A stretch of 64,000 bases of DNA, taken from assembly GCA_965223335.1 (NCBI GenBank), contig OZ244991.1, positions 192,001 through 256,000 on the forward strand, in the 5' to 3' direction. The translations under genes and the position numbers were made by a program. Source of the DNA: Thermodesulfobacteriota bacterium (lineage in GTDB: Bacteria; Desulfobacterota_D; UBA1144; Nemesobacterales; UBA2774). The notes under the pieces are model-generated. The model worked only from the letters and a program-made list of their open reading frames with translations, ran no database searches and had not been told where the DNA came from. Every line of letters begins with the position of its first letter. The first letter of the stretch is position 1. Below are positions 10,243 to 20,310 of the stretch, piece after piece.

Positions 10243-10731
10243 ATGAATAAATATTGGATAGCATTTGCAGTCTCGAGCTTTGTAGTAGCAATAGATCAAC
10301 TGTCTAAATGGCTTGTGAGGCGTGATCTGCCGATCTACTCAAAAACAGAGTTGCTGCCTTTTTTAGACCTCACACATATACGCAACACCGGTGCTGCATT
10401 TGGTATACTGGCAGACTTGCCCGAGAGCATCCGCCTACCGCTATTCGTTTTGGTACTGATCACAGCAGTCATCGTGATACTATTATTTTTAAAAAACACT
10501 GATAGCCGACACAAAACTCTTATCTTAGGTCTATCCCTCATACTAGGGGGAGCCGTGGGAAATTCCATCGACAGGTTTAGGCTCCGTTACGTAACTGATT
10601 TTATAGATTTTCATTGGTTCGGAAACCCCGCATTACACTGGCCCCCGTTTAACCTTGCGGACTCTGCAATTACTATAGGTGTTATACTAATACTGACCGA
10701 TACATTCCTTCTTAGGCGGGAGAAGCAATAG
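10243..10731 (+). CDS. lspA: Lipoprotein signal peptidase II
   Basis: DQLSK, NTGAAFG, GNSIDR, VTDFID and FNLADSAI motifs. Confidence 0.97.
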   Translation: MNKYWIAFAVSSFVVAIDQLSKWLVRRDLPIYSKTELLPFLDLTHIRNTGAAFGILADLPESIRLPLFVLVLITAVIVILLFLKNTDSRHKTLILGLSLILGGAVGNSIDRFRLRYVTDFIDFHWFGNPALHWPPFNLADSAITIGVILILTDTFLLRREKQ

Positions 10732-10732
10732 A

Positions 10733-11365
10733 ATGTTCACAGGCATAGTTGAAGATATAGGGACTATTACCGGTATAAAGAAAAAGACAAAAGAATCTGC
10801 CTATACAATAAGAACAAATAAGATTAATGTCTCTGAGATCGGCCTTGGGGACAGTATAGCGGTAAGCGGTATATGCCTTACCGTCATAAAACTGGGCAAA
10901 AAAGAGTTCACAGTTGACGCCTCTTACGAGACTCTTAGTAAAACCACTTTATCACAAGCCAAGCTAAAGAGCGGGGTTAACCTCGAACGTTCGGTTAAGG
11001 TAGGTGACAGAATGGGCGGGCACATCGTGAGCGGTCATGTCGACGGGGTCGGTAAAGTAGCGTCTCAAAAAAAGGTAGGTGGCTCTACTGTGTTTTGGTT
11101 CAGCGTCCCTGCGCAACTCTCTAAATATATAGTCCCAAAAGGCTCGGTTGCAATTAACGGGGTGAGTCTTACCGTTAACGATACAAAGCAAAATGAGTTC
11201 TCTGTGAATATCATCCCCTTCACTCAAAAAGAGACCACTTTCGGGGGACTACGCACGGGGAACAGTGTAAATATAGAATGCGATATTATCGGTAAGTATG
11301 TCGAGAAATTCGTATCACCCGTCATCTCGCAACAGAACCCTCAATCCCCTGGGTCGGGAAAATGA
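10733..11365 (+). CDS. ribE: Riboflavin synthase (alpha chain)
   Basis: N-terminal MFTGIVE, GGHIVSGHVDG and KGSVAINGVSLTV motifs. Confidence 0.97.
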   Translation: MFTGIVEDIGTITGIKKKTKESAYTIRTNKINVSEIGLGDSIAVSGICLTVIKLGKKEFTVDASYETLSKTTLSQAKLKSGVNLERSVKVGDRMGGHIVSGHVDGVGKVASQKKVGGSTVFWFSVPAQLSKYIVPKGSVAINGVSLTVNDTKQNEFSVNIIPFTQKETTFGGLRTGNSVNIECDIIGKYVEKFVSPVISQQNPQSPGSGK

Positions 11366-11919
11366 AGAAAACAGAACTCAAAAACAACATTCTACTGATC
11401 GGTTTCATGGGTGCGGGCAAGTCCACAATAGGTAGGGTATTAGCAAAAAAAATTAAGTTTGAATACATAGATATAGATAGGATTATTGAGCACAGATGCG
11501 CAAGAAGCATTACAGAGATTTTTGATGAGCACGGTGAAGAATATTTTAGAGACAAAGAGACAGAAACCCTAGAGAGCTTGGCGGGATCGGATCATAATGT
11601 ATATGCCACAGGAGGTGGGATAGTGCTTAAAGAGCGCAACTGGCCTTTAATGAGAGAGCTCGGGCCCACAGTATATCTGGAGGCATCATTAGAAACACTT
11701 TGGGACAGGATAAAGCACGACAAACGGCGTCCACTACTTCAAGTTGACAACGCCTATGAACGAGCCGGGGAGCTATTGTCCAAGAGAAAAGAGCTCTATG
11801 AAAAAGCAGATTTAATACTCTGCACAGAGAACCGTACACCCGACGAAATTGCAGAGATGATTATCGATCTGCTAACAACCGAATACCAAACAGATAAGAC
11901 CGACGACTACTACCATTGA
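11362..11919 (+). CDS. aroK: Shikimate kinase
   Basis: GFMGAGKST Walker A, ATGGGIV and RPLL motifs; ATGA overlap with ribE. Confidence 0.96.
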   Translation: MKKTELKNNILLIGFMGAGKSTIGRVLAKKIKFEYIDIDRIIEHRCARSITEIFDEHGEEYFRDKETETLESLAGSDHNVYATGGGIVLKERNWPLMRELGPTVYLEASLETLWDRIKHDKRRPLLQVDNAYERAGELLSKRKELYEKADLILCTENRTPDEIAEMIIDLLTTEYQTDKTDDYYH

Positions 11920-11988
11920 GCCCGGGATCCGTGTTGGTATGTATGAATAATTCTAGGAAAGTAAATTTGGATCTAGTCTTACAAAATT

Positions 11989-12201
11989 TCAGTTAATTAG
12001 AGTAGCTGCTTCGTCCATAAGGGCCTCGGGGAACCGAGCAACCCTCCCGTCAACAAACTGCACACTATAAACGCGCCCCGATGCCCTCTCGAGCACCTCT
12101 ACTATCTTACCTTCAAGCCCATAGGGGAAAATATCTTTTTTACCCTCTATGGTCTCATCGAGTCTAAACCTAACACCTTTTTCCAGCATTTTAGTCTCCA
12201 T
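11989..12201 (-). CDS. Small hypothetical protein, possibly an SH3-like beta-barrel
   Basis: 70 aa that fills the gap, has an AAGGG SD-like site and a beta-strand pattern (GLEGKIVEV...YSVQF). Confidence 0.55.
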   Translation of the reverse strand: METKMLEKGVRFRLDETIEGKKDIFPYGLEGKIVEVLERASGRVYSVQFVDGRVARFPEALMDEAATLIN

Positions 12202-12391
12202 TGCAACCCTTCTGAGTTAAGTCTTACCAGAACATAACGCAGTTTCAAAATTAAGACAGTTTATAATTATAGGCCAAAAAATTGAAAATACTACATAATT
12301 TGCATTTCCCGTTACTGCAAATACACCCAGGCTAGTCCAGACTTTTCAAGCCAAACAATTAAGGTATATAATATACTCTGCGAGGTGAACA

Positions 12392-13108
12392 ATGGCAGAA
12401 ATTCTAGATAAGATCAAGCAACGGTTCGATAAGGGTGTGGCCACATTAAACGTTAGATCCAAAGAACTCATAGAGACTCAAAAATTAAAAGGACAGGTAG
12501 GTAATCTCCTGGAAGAAAAAGAAAACAAACTAAAAGAACTCGGTCAATATATATACTCAGAGCACGCCCCAGCAAAACAGTCAAGCACAATAGCAGGAAA
12601 AAAATCCGGACATACCCCTCCCTCATATTCGAGCGACCCTCTGCAAAACGCGCTTCTCTCAGTACTAAAAAGTGCTTTAAGCGGAGAATTAAAAGGCGTA
12701 GAAATGGGTAAAAACAAAAAAACTCTCACGCTCAGCTCTTCGGTTATCTATAACGAAACCATTGGGCTACTGCCCAAATCTAAACAAAAAGACCTATCGA
12801 CAAGGAAATTGGGTCTCATGCTTTCAAAACTAGGAGTAGTCACCGATAAATCATCCAGGACCGTAGAAGGATCACGCGAAACCCTATACTCGTTCGATAC
12901 CAAAAAAACCGGCTCGCTACTCGCTAAATCCGAGGGCCCTAAACCCCATCGCCCCACCGCATCAAACAAAACTGGAAACAAGAATTCAGACGATTTAATA
13001 CTAAAGAGATGTAGAGAGATCACCGCCATAGATGAGAAAATCAACAAGCTCAACCAACAGATAAAAGAGATAAAGTTGAATGCAAAAAAGAAGTCCGTAG
13101 AGAAGTAG
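12392..13108 (+). CDS. Hypothetical basic protein: coiled-coil ends around a central globular domain
   Basis: GAGGTG RBS; heptad patterns at both termini; Lys-rich. Confidence 0.75.
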   Translation: MAEILDKIKQRFDKGVATLNVRSKELIETQKLKGQVGNLLEEKENKLKELGQYIYSEHAPAKQSSTIAGKKSGHTPPSYSSDPLQNALLSVLKSALSGELKGVEMGKNKKTLTLSSSVIYNETIGLLPKSKQKDLSTRKLGLMLSKLGVVTDKSSRTVEGSRETLYSFDTKKTGSLLAKSEGPKPHRPTASNKTGNKNSDDLILKRCREITAIDEKINKLNQQIKEIKLNAKKKSVEK

Positions 13109-13116
13109 AAAACAAG

Positions 13117-13446
13117 CTATAGTGCCTTGTCTATTGCCTTTTCAATCTCGGATTTTGGCACAGCACCTATAATCTGTTCCACCGCACTCCCGTCTTTGAA
13201 CACTATTAGGGTTGGGATACTTCTGATCCCGAATTTCATAGTTGTAGATTGGTTCTCGTCTACATTTAGTTTGCCGAATTTAACTCGCCCCGAATAGGCC
13301 TCGGAAATCTCCTCCACCAAAGGTGCAATGGCTCGGCAAGGCCCACACCACGGTGCCCAAAAATCAACCAATACCGGTACGTCGCTGTTGATCACTTCGT
13401 TGTCAAATGTAGAGTCACTCAGTTCAACAATCCCATTACTAGACAT
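13117..13446 (-). CDS. trxA: Thioredoxin
   Basis: WCGPC active site; AAGGAG RBS. Confidence 0.98.
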   Translation of the reverse strand: MSSNGIVELSDSTFDNEVINSDVPVLVDFWAPWCGPCRAIAPLVEEISEAYSGRVKFGKLNVDENQSTTMKFGIRSIPTLIVFKDGSAVEQIIGAVPKSEIEKAIDKAL

Positions 13447-13561
13447 TAATCTCTCCTTATGAATTTATATGCTCCGATATTATATCCGATACCGCAAATT
13501 TGTCTAAAGTTAGCTTTTAGTAATATAGATAAATACACCGATAACAAATTGGTTAAGCTGC

Positions 13562-15121
13562 CTAATACTGCTCCTCGATCTCAATGTAATGATTCACGAG
13601 CAAGGTGCCCTTTGCATGCTCTAACTCGGCCAGAGCTATGTTGTAATTGGCAACAGCTCTAATCTCCTGTGTGCCCGCGTCTATTAGATCCCTCTGAGCT
13701 TCTAGGACCTCTCGTGTAGTACCAATCCCCACGTTAAGCCTCTCCTGCTCGTTGTTTACAACCTCTTCCGCGAGAGCCACCGCAACTTTTGCAGCCTCTA
13801 TCCTCCGCAGACTGTTCTCAATCTCGCGTACCGCGTTTTTCACATCAAGAGCTATGTTGTCTTTAGTCTGTTTTAGCAGTATCACGCTTCGGTCTAGCTC
13901 GGCCGAGGCTTTCACATAATCGCCGCGTGCAGTCCTGTTAAAGATAGGGAAGCTGAACACACCGAGAATCTGCCACGTGGGATAATTCCCCTCGAACAAA
14001 TTCCTAAACGTATCGTTTGGCCTGTCAAACTGTGGTGGGATGGGCTCTGGCACACCCCCGAAACTCTCCCTAAGCGGGTTCTCGTCGCCACCCAACCCCT
14101 GCAACTCCACTGAACCCTGTACGGCAAGCCTGGGTAGCCTTTGGTTCGAGTAATATTTTTTAAGCGTCTCTCTGTTCTCTATATTAAGCTTGGCTTCCTC
14201 CATCTCAGGTCTCTCGGCATAAGCCTCGGCAAGGGACTCGGCTTCGTCGTTAACGCTTACCTCGGTGGTGGGCTGCTCTGTGGGATTTATGGCCTGCGAG
14301 AGATCAATCGCCAAAATGTTTTTTAGATTATCCTCGGCGGCGCGGAGTGTGTTCTCGGCGCTTATCACCGTGACCTCTCTTGCCGCTACCTCCGATTTTG
14401 CCTGTGTTACTGCTACGGGGGGCAGCACCCCCACCTCCACCTGAATCTCGTTACGTTTCTGCAGATCCTGTGCAAGTTCTAGAGCTGTCTGCTCAAGCTC
14501 AAGGTTCTCAATAGCCGCAACGAGTATCCAGTAGCTGCGCTCCACATTGAGCAGGACGTCCGAGATCCTTCTCTCGAGTTCCTTGCGAGAGATCTCGCTT
14601 GAGCGAATTGCTGTGATCACAAATGCGTCGTTTACGCTTTTGCCAAAGTTACGCAGCAGGTCCTGACCCACAGTAAAACTCAGGCTCGTAAACCAACTGG
14701 GGCTAAGGTCCTGGATAGGGGAATCGGTCTTTGTACGGGTCAGATCAAAGTTTAATACGTCGTAGAATGTTCCGGTGGGCAGTCTTCCTTCCAGGTTTGT
14801 TTCAGCATTGAATATATCCTCATTAATCTCCCCCGACTGTATAAATGTGCTGGTGGTGGGAATCTTTGCATCGTTGTAAAAAGAGCCGATGTTGAGAATG
14901 GGATCAAACACGCCTTTTTGTGTTTGTATCTCGCCCTCGCTTATATCAACATTTTTCTTTTGCAGTTGAATGTCTGTGTTATTTTCAAGCGCTATATTGA
15001 TAGCATCTTGAAGAGAGAGGTTAAGCACACCCGTATCCGACGCCTGGGCCGCCATCGTAAGAAGTATGTTAGATATAATCAATAGTGAAATATATGCTGT
15101 TGACAGTATAAAATATCTCAT
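13562..15121 (-). CDS. TolC-family outer membrane efflux protein
   Basis: Signal peptide, LSLQDAINIALENN, two OEP-like halves; divergent from the TetR/RND operon. Confidence 0.9.
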   Translation of the reverse strand: MRYFILSTAYISLLIISNILLTMAAQASDTGVLNLSLQDAINIALENNTDIQLQKKNVDISEGEIQTQKGVFDPILNIGSFYNDAKIPTTSTFIQSGEINEDIFNAETNLEGRLPTGTFYDVLNFDLTRTKTDSPIQDLSPSWFTSLSFTVGQDLLRNFGKSVNDAFVITAIRSSEISRKELERRISDVLLNVERSYWILVAAIENLELEQTALELAQDLQKRNEIQVEVGVLPPVAVTQAKSEVAAREVTVISAENTLRAAEDNLKNILAIDLSQAINPTEQPTTEVSVNDEAESLAEAYAERPEMEEAKLNIENRETLKKYYSNQRLPRLAVQGSVELQGLGGDENPLRESFGGVPEPIPPQFDRPNDTFRNLFEGNYPTWQILGVFSFPIFNRTARGDYVKASAELDRSVILLKQTKDNIALDVKNAVREIENSLRRIEAAKVAVALAEEVVNNEQERLNVGIGTTREVLEAQRDLIDAGTQEIRAVANYNIALAELEHAKGTLLVNHYIEIEEQY

Positions 15122-15179
15122 AATCTTCTATAATATATATAGATAATTTATTCTGATTATTCAACAATTATTTAGCTGC

Positions 15180-15208
15180 TTGACAATGATCCTGCGGCAT
15201 GATACTTT
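15180..15208 (+). promoter_or_regulatory. Sigma70 promoter of the tetR-MFP-RND operon
   Basis: TTGACA (15180-15185), N17, extended -10 TGnTACTTT. Confidence 0.65.
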
Positions 15209-15212
15209 GTAA

Positions 15213-15228
15213 GTAAGTAATTACTTAC
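15213..15228. promoter_or_regulatory. Putative TetR operator
   Basis: Perfect 16-bp palindrome GTAAGTAATTACTTAC just downstream of the -10 and upstream of tetR. Confidence 0.75.
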
Positions 15229-15249
15229 ATCTTACAGGATATATCCCCA

Positions 15250-15864
15250 ATGTCAACAGAACAAGCCAAAACAACCTCTAGAGACAAAATACTTGAGACC
15301 GCTATAAAGCTGTTCGCCGAAAAAGGATTCAGCGGTACGACCACTAAAGAGATAGCCGATATGGCGGATGTAAACGAGTCTCTCATCTTTAGGTACTTCA
15401 GCACGAAACGCGAGCTCTACGGTGCGATCATAGAACGGAAAATCGACGAAGAACCGGGGATAGAACACCCTCTAAACACATACAAGAGCAGCAAGGACGA
15501 CCCCCTAATCTTTACATCAATAGCAGAGAGGATGTTTGATAAGTGCGGTAACGACCCCAGTTTTATCCGCCTGCTTCACTTCAGCGCACTCGAGGGTCAT
15601 GAGCTCTCGGATATGTTCTTTGATACCTATGTCGAATATATAAATATGCTGCTTTCCGATTATATCGAACAGCGTATGAAAGACGGTGCATTTAAGCAGG
15701 TAAACCCCAAAATCGCGGCTCAGGCATTTATAGGAATGGTCGTAAACCACATCATCGTGCAGGAGCTTTTCGGGGAAAAACGTAAAAACAACTCCCATCC
15801 AAAAAAAACAATCGATACATTCGTAGAAATCTTCTTAGAAGGGATCAAGTCCCCATCAAAGTAA
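15250..15864 (+). CDS. TetR/AcrR-family regulator
   Basis: N-terminal HTH ILETAIKLFAEKGFSGTTTKEIADMADVNESLIFRYF. Confidence 0.96.
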   Translation: MSTEQAKTTSRDKILETAIKLFAEKGFSGTTTKEIADMADVNESLIFRYFSTKRELYGAIIERKIDEEPGIEHPLNTYKSSKDDPLIFTSIAERMFDKCGNDPSFIRLLHFSALEGHELSDMFFDTYVEYINMLLSDYIEQRMKDGAFKQVNPKIAAQAFIGMVVNHIIVQELFGEKRKNNSHPKKTIDTFVEIFLEGIKSPSK

Positions 15865-15886
15865 ATCGGAGTATCAACTGAAAACC

Positions 15887-16981
15887 ATGAAAATACTAAA
15901 TCGATATAAATTTATATCCATATCCGTATTCGCAGGTCTATTTTTGTCCTCGTTATTGTCTTTTGGGCAAGCCCCCCCTCCGGCCCCGGTCGAGGTAGTC
16001 CAGGTCTCGGAAAAAGAGATTCGCAAGCCCGTATCCATAGTGGGAAGTGCCGAGCCCATGACAGACAGCATTATCGCAAGCGAGATCTCGGGCCTTATAG
16101 AGAGCTTCCCCGTTAAGGAAGGTGATTACGTTAAAAAGGGGGAGCTGCTGGCATCGTTTCGATCCACCACGCTTGAATTAAAACTAAAAGAGGCCAAAGC
16201 CGCCAAGCGCGAGGCTCGTGCCCGCCATGAACTTGCCAGAAAAAACATGAAGCGCATCGAAGAGCTATACGATAAAGGTGTGGCATCGCTCCAGCAGCTA
16301 CAGGACGCCGAGTCGGAACAAGACGCGCTCCTGGCGAGGATAACACAGATGGACGCTCAAATAGACACAGACCAATACAATCTCGACCGCTCACAAATCA
16401 CCGCACCCTACGACGGATATATAACCGAGGAATTCACAGAAGTGGGCGAGTGGGTAAATGAGGGCGGGCCTATAGTGGAGCTCATAAACATCGAATCATC
16501 CGACATCACGGTAGATGTGCCCGAGCGCTACATCAGTAAAGTGAATGTTGGGGAGAGTGCCGAGGTCAAGTTCGATGCCTACCCAGGGCAGGGGTTCCCT
16601 GGCAAGATCATATCCATAGTGCCCAAGGCCGAGCAGCAGGCGCGTACATTCCCGGTTAAGGTACGTGTGAAAAACCAAGATGGGTTAATTAAAAGCGGGA
16701 TGGTCGCCCGTGTGACGTTCCTAATCGGCGAGCCTTCTAAGACCAAATTCGTCCCCAAAGACGCCATTGTAAAACAGAATAACGCAAACTTTATATACTT
16801 GGTACAAGACGGCTTGGCGGTTCCCACGCCTGTAAACACAGGGTTTGCATATAACGAATTCATCGAGGTAATCGGCCCCGTGGAATCGGGGCAACCGGTA
16901 GTGGTCAGGGGAAATGAGAGGCTACGCCCAAACCAGCCCGTTGAGATTGTAAACCCGGAGAAAGAGACTCTTAAGAATTAA
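15887..16981 (+). CDS. RND efflux membrane fusion (periplasmic adaptor) protein
   Basis: Lipoyl-like halves SEISGLI..VKEGDYVKKGELL and ITAPYDG, helical hairpin, RTFPVKV. Confidence 0.95.
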   Translation: MKILNRYKFISISVFAGLFLSSLLSFGQAPPPAPVEVVQVSEKEIRKPVSIVGSAEPMTDSIIASEISGLIESFPVKEGDYVKKGELLASFRSTTLELKLKEAKAAKREARARHELARKNMKRIEELYDKGVASLQQLQDAESEQDALLARITQMDAQIDTDQYNLDRSQITAPYDGYITEEFTEVGEWVNEGGPIVELINIESSDITVDVPERYISKVNVGESAEVKFDAYPGQGFPGKIISIVPKAEQQARTFPVKVRVKNQDGLIKSGMVARVTFLIGEPSKTKFVPKDAIVKQNNANFIYLVQDGLAVPTPVNTGFAYNEFIEVIGPVESGQPVVVRGNERLRPNQPVEIVNPEKETLKN

Positions 16982-17040
16982 CCAGCAAAGCGGCTTATAC
17001 CCCTGGATATAAGTAAGACCAAAAATATTTCCGTAAAACC

Positions 17041-20000
17041 ATGAAACTAGTAGACACATCGATAAAAAAACCCGTTACTATTGCCGTTGGTGTGATTTTT
17101 GTCATTCTCTTCGGACTTATCTCTCTATTTAGAATCCCTGTCCAATTAACCCCGGATGTCGAGAAACCGAGAATTACTGTCGACACGCGATGGATAGGTG
17201 CAAGCCCAAACGAGGTGGAATCCGAGATTGTCCGCGAGCAGGAGGACGAGCTCAAAACCACCGAGGGGCTATTGGAGATGACTAGCCAGAGCTCAGACAG
17301 TAGCGGCAAGGTAGTACTCGAGTTCGAGATCGGAACCGACCTAGACGCCGCACTCGTAGATGTGTCCAACAAGCTTAACCAGGTAAAAGAGTATCCCGAC
17401 GAAACTGACCAGCCCGTGCTTAGCACTGTGGACAATACATCGAGTGCTATGGCCTGGTTTATCTTAAAACCCAAGTCCAAAGACCAAATCGATATTGATC
17501 ATTATTTCGACTTTGCCGACGACGTGATTAAACCCCGTTTCGAGAGGGTCTCGGGTGTGGGTTCCTCAAACGTGTACGGCGGGCAGGAGCGCGAGATGCA
17601 GGTTATAGTCGACCCCAATGCACTTGCGGCCAGGGGGGTATCGGTTTCCGAGCTCGCAAACGCGATAGACAGGGAAAACAACAACTACAGCGCGGGTGAT
17701 TTTGACGAGGGCAAAAGACGCTATGTCGTCCGCACCGTAGGGGAATACGAATCCCCCGAGGACATAGAGAACGTAATAGTAACAAGAAAAAACGGCTCAC
17801 CGATATACGTGCGTGATGTAGCCACTGTACAACTGGGCTTTAAAGATAAGGAATTTGCGGTAAGACAAAACGGAGAGCCCGCAATTGCTGTAAACGCGGT
17901 AAAAGAGAGTGGGGCAAACACCATAGAGGTGATGTCGGGGCTCATGGATGCAACGGACGAGCTCAATGCCAATACTCTAGAGGCAATGGATCTAAACCTC
18001 TTTAACGTATATGACGAGACCATATACATCAGAAACGCTATCGACCTTGTAAAGCAAAACTTGATAATAGGCGGCATACTCGCTATCGCGGTGCTACTGT
18101 TTTTCCTCCGCAGCACCACAAGCACATTGATTGTAGCAACAGCTATACCCATAAGCATCGTCGGCACATTTGTGGTGATGTCGATAATGGGCAGGACTAT
18201 TAACGTAATCAGCCTAGCCGGACTGGCGTTTGCCGTGGGCATGGTGATCGATAACTCGATTGTGGTGCTCGAGAACATCTATCGCCACATGCAGATGGGT
18301 AAAACCCGTGTGCAAGCAGCCTATGACGGCACCATAGAGGTCTGGGGTGCAGTGCTCGCAAGCACTCTTACCACCGCAGCAGTGTTCCTGCCGATTATTT
18401 TCATACAAGAGCAGGCAGGTCAGCTGTTCCGCGATATAGCAATTGCCATAAGTGTATCTGTGATACTTAGCCTCATAGTATCGATCACTGTAATCCCTGC
18501 GATGTCTGCCAAGATCCTTCGTACGGTAACCCCAAGGGAGGGGGCCAATTTCACAAACCTCTGGGGCATGACCAGGGTCGCCGGCAATATAGCCGAATCG
18601 ATAGCCATGCTGGTAAAAAAGATTTTAGGCAGCATGAGACTTAGGATAGCTGTTGTGGCAGGGTTTACTCTGGGTGCGCTTTTGCTAAGCTGGGCTATGA
18701 TACCTAAAACCGAGTACCTGCCCGAGGGCAACCGCAACTTGGTATTCGGGATACTCATACCCCCGCCCGGCTATAACATTGAGGAGTTCACCCGTATAGG
18801 TGAGCAGATAGAGAACGACCTGCGTCCCTATTGGGAAGCAGAAGTAGGTTCACCCGAGGCCGCTAAACTCGGGGGGCCGCCTATCAAACACTTTTTCTAT
18901 GTGGCCCGCGGTCGACAGGTTTTTATGGGTGCACGGGTTAAAGAGCCCGACAAGATAAAGGAACTGATACCGGTGCTTCACAACACGCTTAGAAAAATCC
19001 CGGGGATGATAGCAATTGTAAATCAGTCGAGCATTTTTCAAAGGGGCATAGGAGCGGGGAGGTCTATAAACATACAGATCACAGGCCCTGACCTTAACCA
19101 ACTCGTCGGTCTTGGCCAAAAGGTGTTCTTCAGCGGGATGCAGGCCATCCCCGATGCCCAGCTTCGCCCCATCCCAAGCCTAGACCTCGGTAACCCCGAG
19201 GTACAGGTCGTAACAGACAGGGTAAGGGCCTCTGAGGCCGGGGTATCCAATCAAGAGCTGGGTTTTATGGTAAACGCACTTGTTGACGGTGCCATCGTAA
19301 GCGAGTATCAGCTGGACGGCGACGAGATCGACCTCACGCTTAGGGGCAAGGACAACTACGCCAGCCGCACTCACGAGATAGAGGACCTGATGATAAATAC
19401 CGAGACGGGCAACATGGTAACCGTAGGCTCGATTGCGGATGTAACAGTCACCAGAGGACCCGAGCAGATCGACCATTATGAGAGGCAGAGGACCATCGCC
19501 ATCCAGGTCATCCCGCCCGAGCAGATGCCGCTTGAGAGTGCGATAGATATCATACAGAGCCAGATACTGAGGCCCCTGCAGGAAAGCGGGGAGCTCTCGG
19601 GACAGTACAACGCCATTCTCACAGGTACTGCTGACGACCTGACCGTCACAAGGCAGGCCCTTCAATGGAACTTTGCGCTCGCGGCACTCATAGCGTTTTT
19701 GCTAATGGCCTCGCTATTCGAGAGTTTCTTGTATCCGCTTGTGATCATGTTTAGTGTGCCCCTTGCCTCATTCGGGGGTTTTCTTGGGCTGTTTATTCTA
19801 AATTTAATCACCTACCAGCCGCTTGATGTGCTCACGATGCTCGGGTTTATCATCCTGATCGGTATCGTGGTTAATAACGCCATACTCATCGTGCACCAAG
19901 CATTAAACAATATCAAGGACCACCATATGAACAACCAGGATGCTATAGTGGAGTCTGTGAAATCCAGGATCCGGCCTATTTTTATGAGTACCACCACGAG

Positions 20001-20220
20001 TGTGTTCGGCATGCTTCCATTGGTGCTCTCGCCCGGTTCGGGTTCCGAGTTCTATAAGGGGCTTGGTAGTGTAGTTGTGGGAGGGCTTATAGTCTCGACG
20101 GCTTTCACTCTGATCCTGGTACCATCGGTATTAAGCATAGTATTTGAGCTTAGGCAAAAAATCTCTAACAAGCTCTCGGGCGTTACACACCGTCCCGACC
20201 CCATACCTTCCTCCGATTGA
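17041..20220 (+). CDS. RND efflux permease (AcrB/AcrD/AcrF family)
   Basis: 1059 aa, 12-TM layout, GMVIDNSIVVLENI, GIVVNNAIL and RIRPIFMST motifs. Confidence 0.97.
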   Translation: MKLVDTSIKKPVTIAVGVIFVILFGLISLFRIPVQLTPDVEKPRITVDTRWIGASPNEVESEIVREQEDELKTTEGLLEMTSQSSDSSGKVVLEFEIGTDLDAALVDVSNKLNQVKEYPDETDQPVLSTVDNTSSAMAWFILKPKSKDQIDIDHYFDFADDVIKPRFERVSGVGSSNVYGGQEREMQVIVDPNALAARGVSVSELANAIDRENNNYSAGDFDEGKRRYVVRTVGEYESPEDIENVIVTRKNGSPIYVRDVATVQLGFKDKEFAVRQNGEPAIAVNAVKESGANTIEVMSGLMDATDELNANTLEAMDLNLFNVYDETIYIRNAIDLVKQNLIIGGILAIAVLLFFLRSTTSTLIVATAIPISIVGTFVVMSIMGRTINVISLAGLAFAVGMVIDNSIVVLENIYRHMQMGKTRVQAAYDGTIEVWGAVLASTLTTAAVFLPIIFIQEQAGQLFRDIAIAISVSVILSLIVSITVIPAMSAKILRTVTPREGANFTNLWGMTRVAGNIAESIAMLVKKILGSMRLRIAVVAGFTLGALLLSWAMIPKTEYLPEGNRNLVFGILIPPPGYNIEEFTRIGEQIENDLRPYWEAEVGSPEAAKLGGPPIKHFFYVARGRQVFMGARVKEPDKIKELIPVLHNTLRKIPGMIAIVNQSSIFQRGIGAGRSINIQITGPDLNQLVGLGQKVFFSGMQAIPDAQLRPIPSLDLGNPEVQVVTDRVRASEAGVSNQELGFMVNALVDGAIVSEYQLDGDEIDLTLRGKDNYASRTHEIEDLMINTETGNMVTVGSIADVTVTRGPEQIDHYERQRTIAIQVIPPEQMPLESAIDIIQSQILRPLQESGELSGQYNAILTGTADDLTVTRQALQWNFALAALIAFLLMASLFESFLYPLVIMFSVPLASFGGFLGLFILNLITYQPLDVLTMLGFIILIGIVVNNAILIVHQALNNIKDHHMNNQDAIVESVKSRIRPIFMSTTTSVFGMLPLVLSPGSGSEFYKGLGSVVVGGLIVSTAFTLILVPSVLSIVFELRQKISNKLSGVTHRPDPIPSSD

Positions 20221-20310
20221 ATAGAGAACAAACTCCATTGAAGGCAAACGTACAAAGCATACAACTAATTCCATAATTAGTTTATCGGTGTAGAATATTT
20301 TGGAACCTGA

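Noticed and set aside
10209..10732. FMN riboswitch for ribE (also TPP before pdc and preQ1 before the PTPS genes)
   Set aside because: ribE follows lspA by 1 bp, and none of the conserved aptamer motifs were seen in the other leaders
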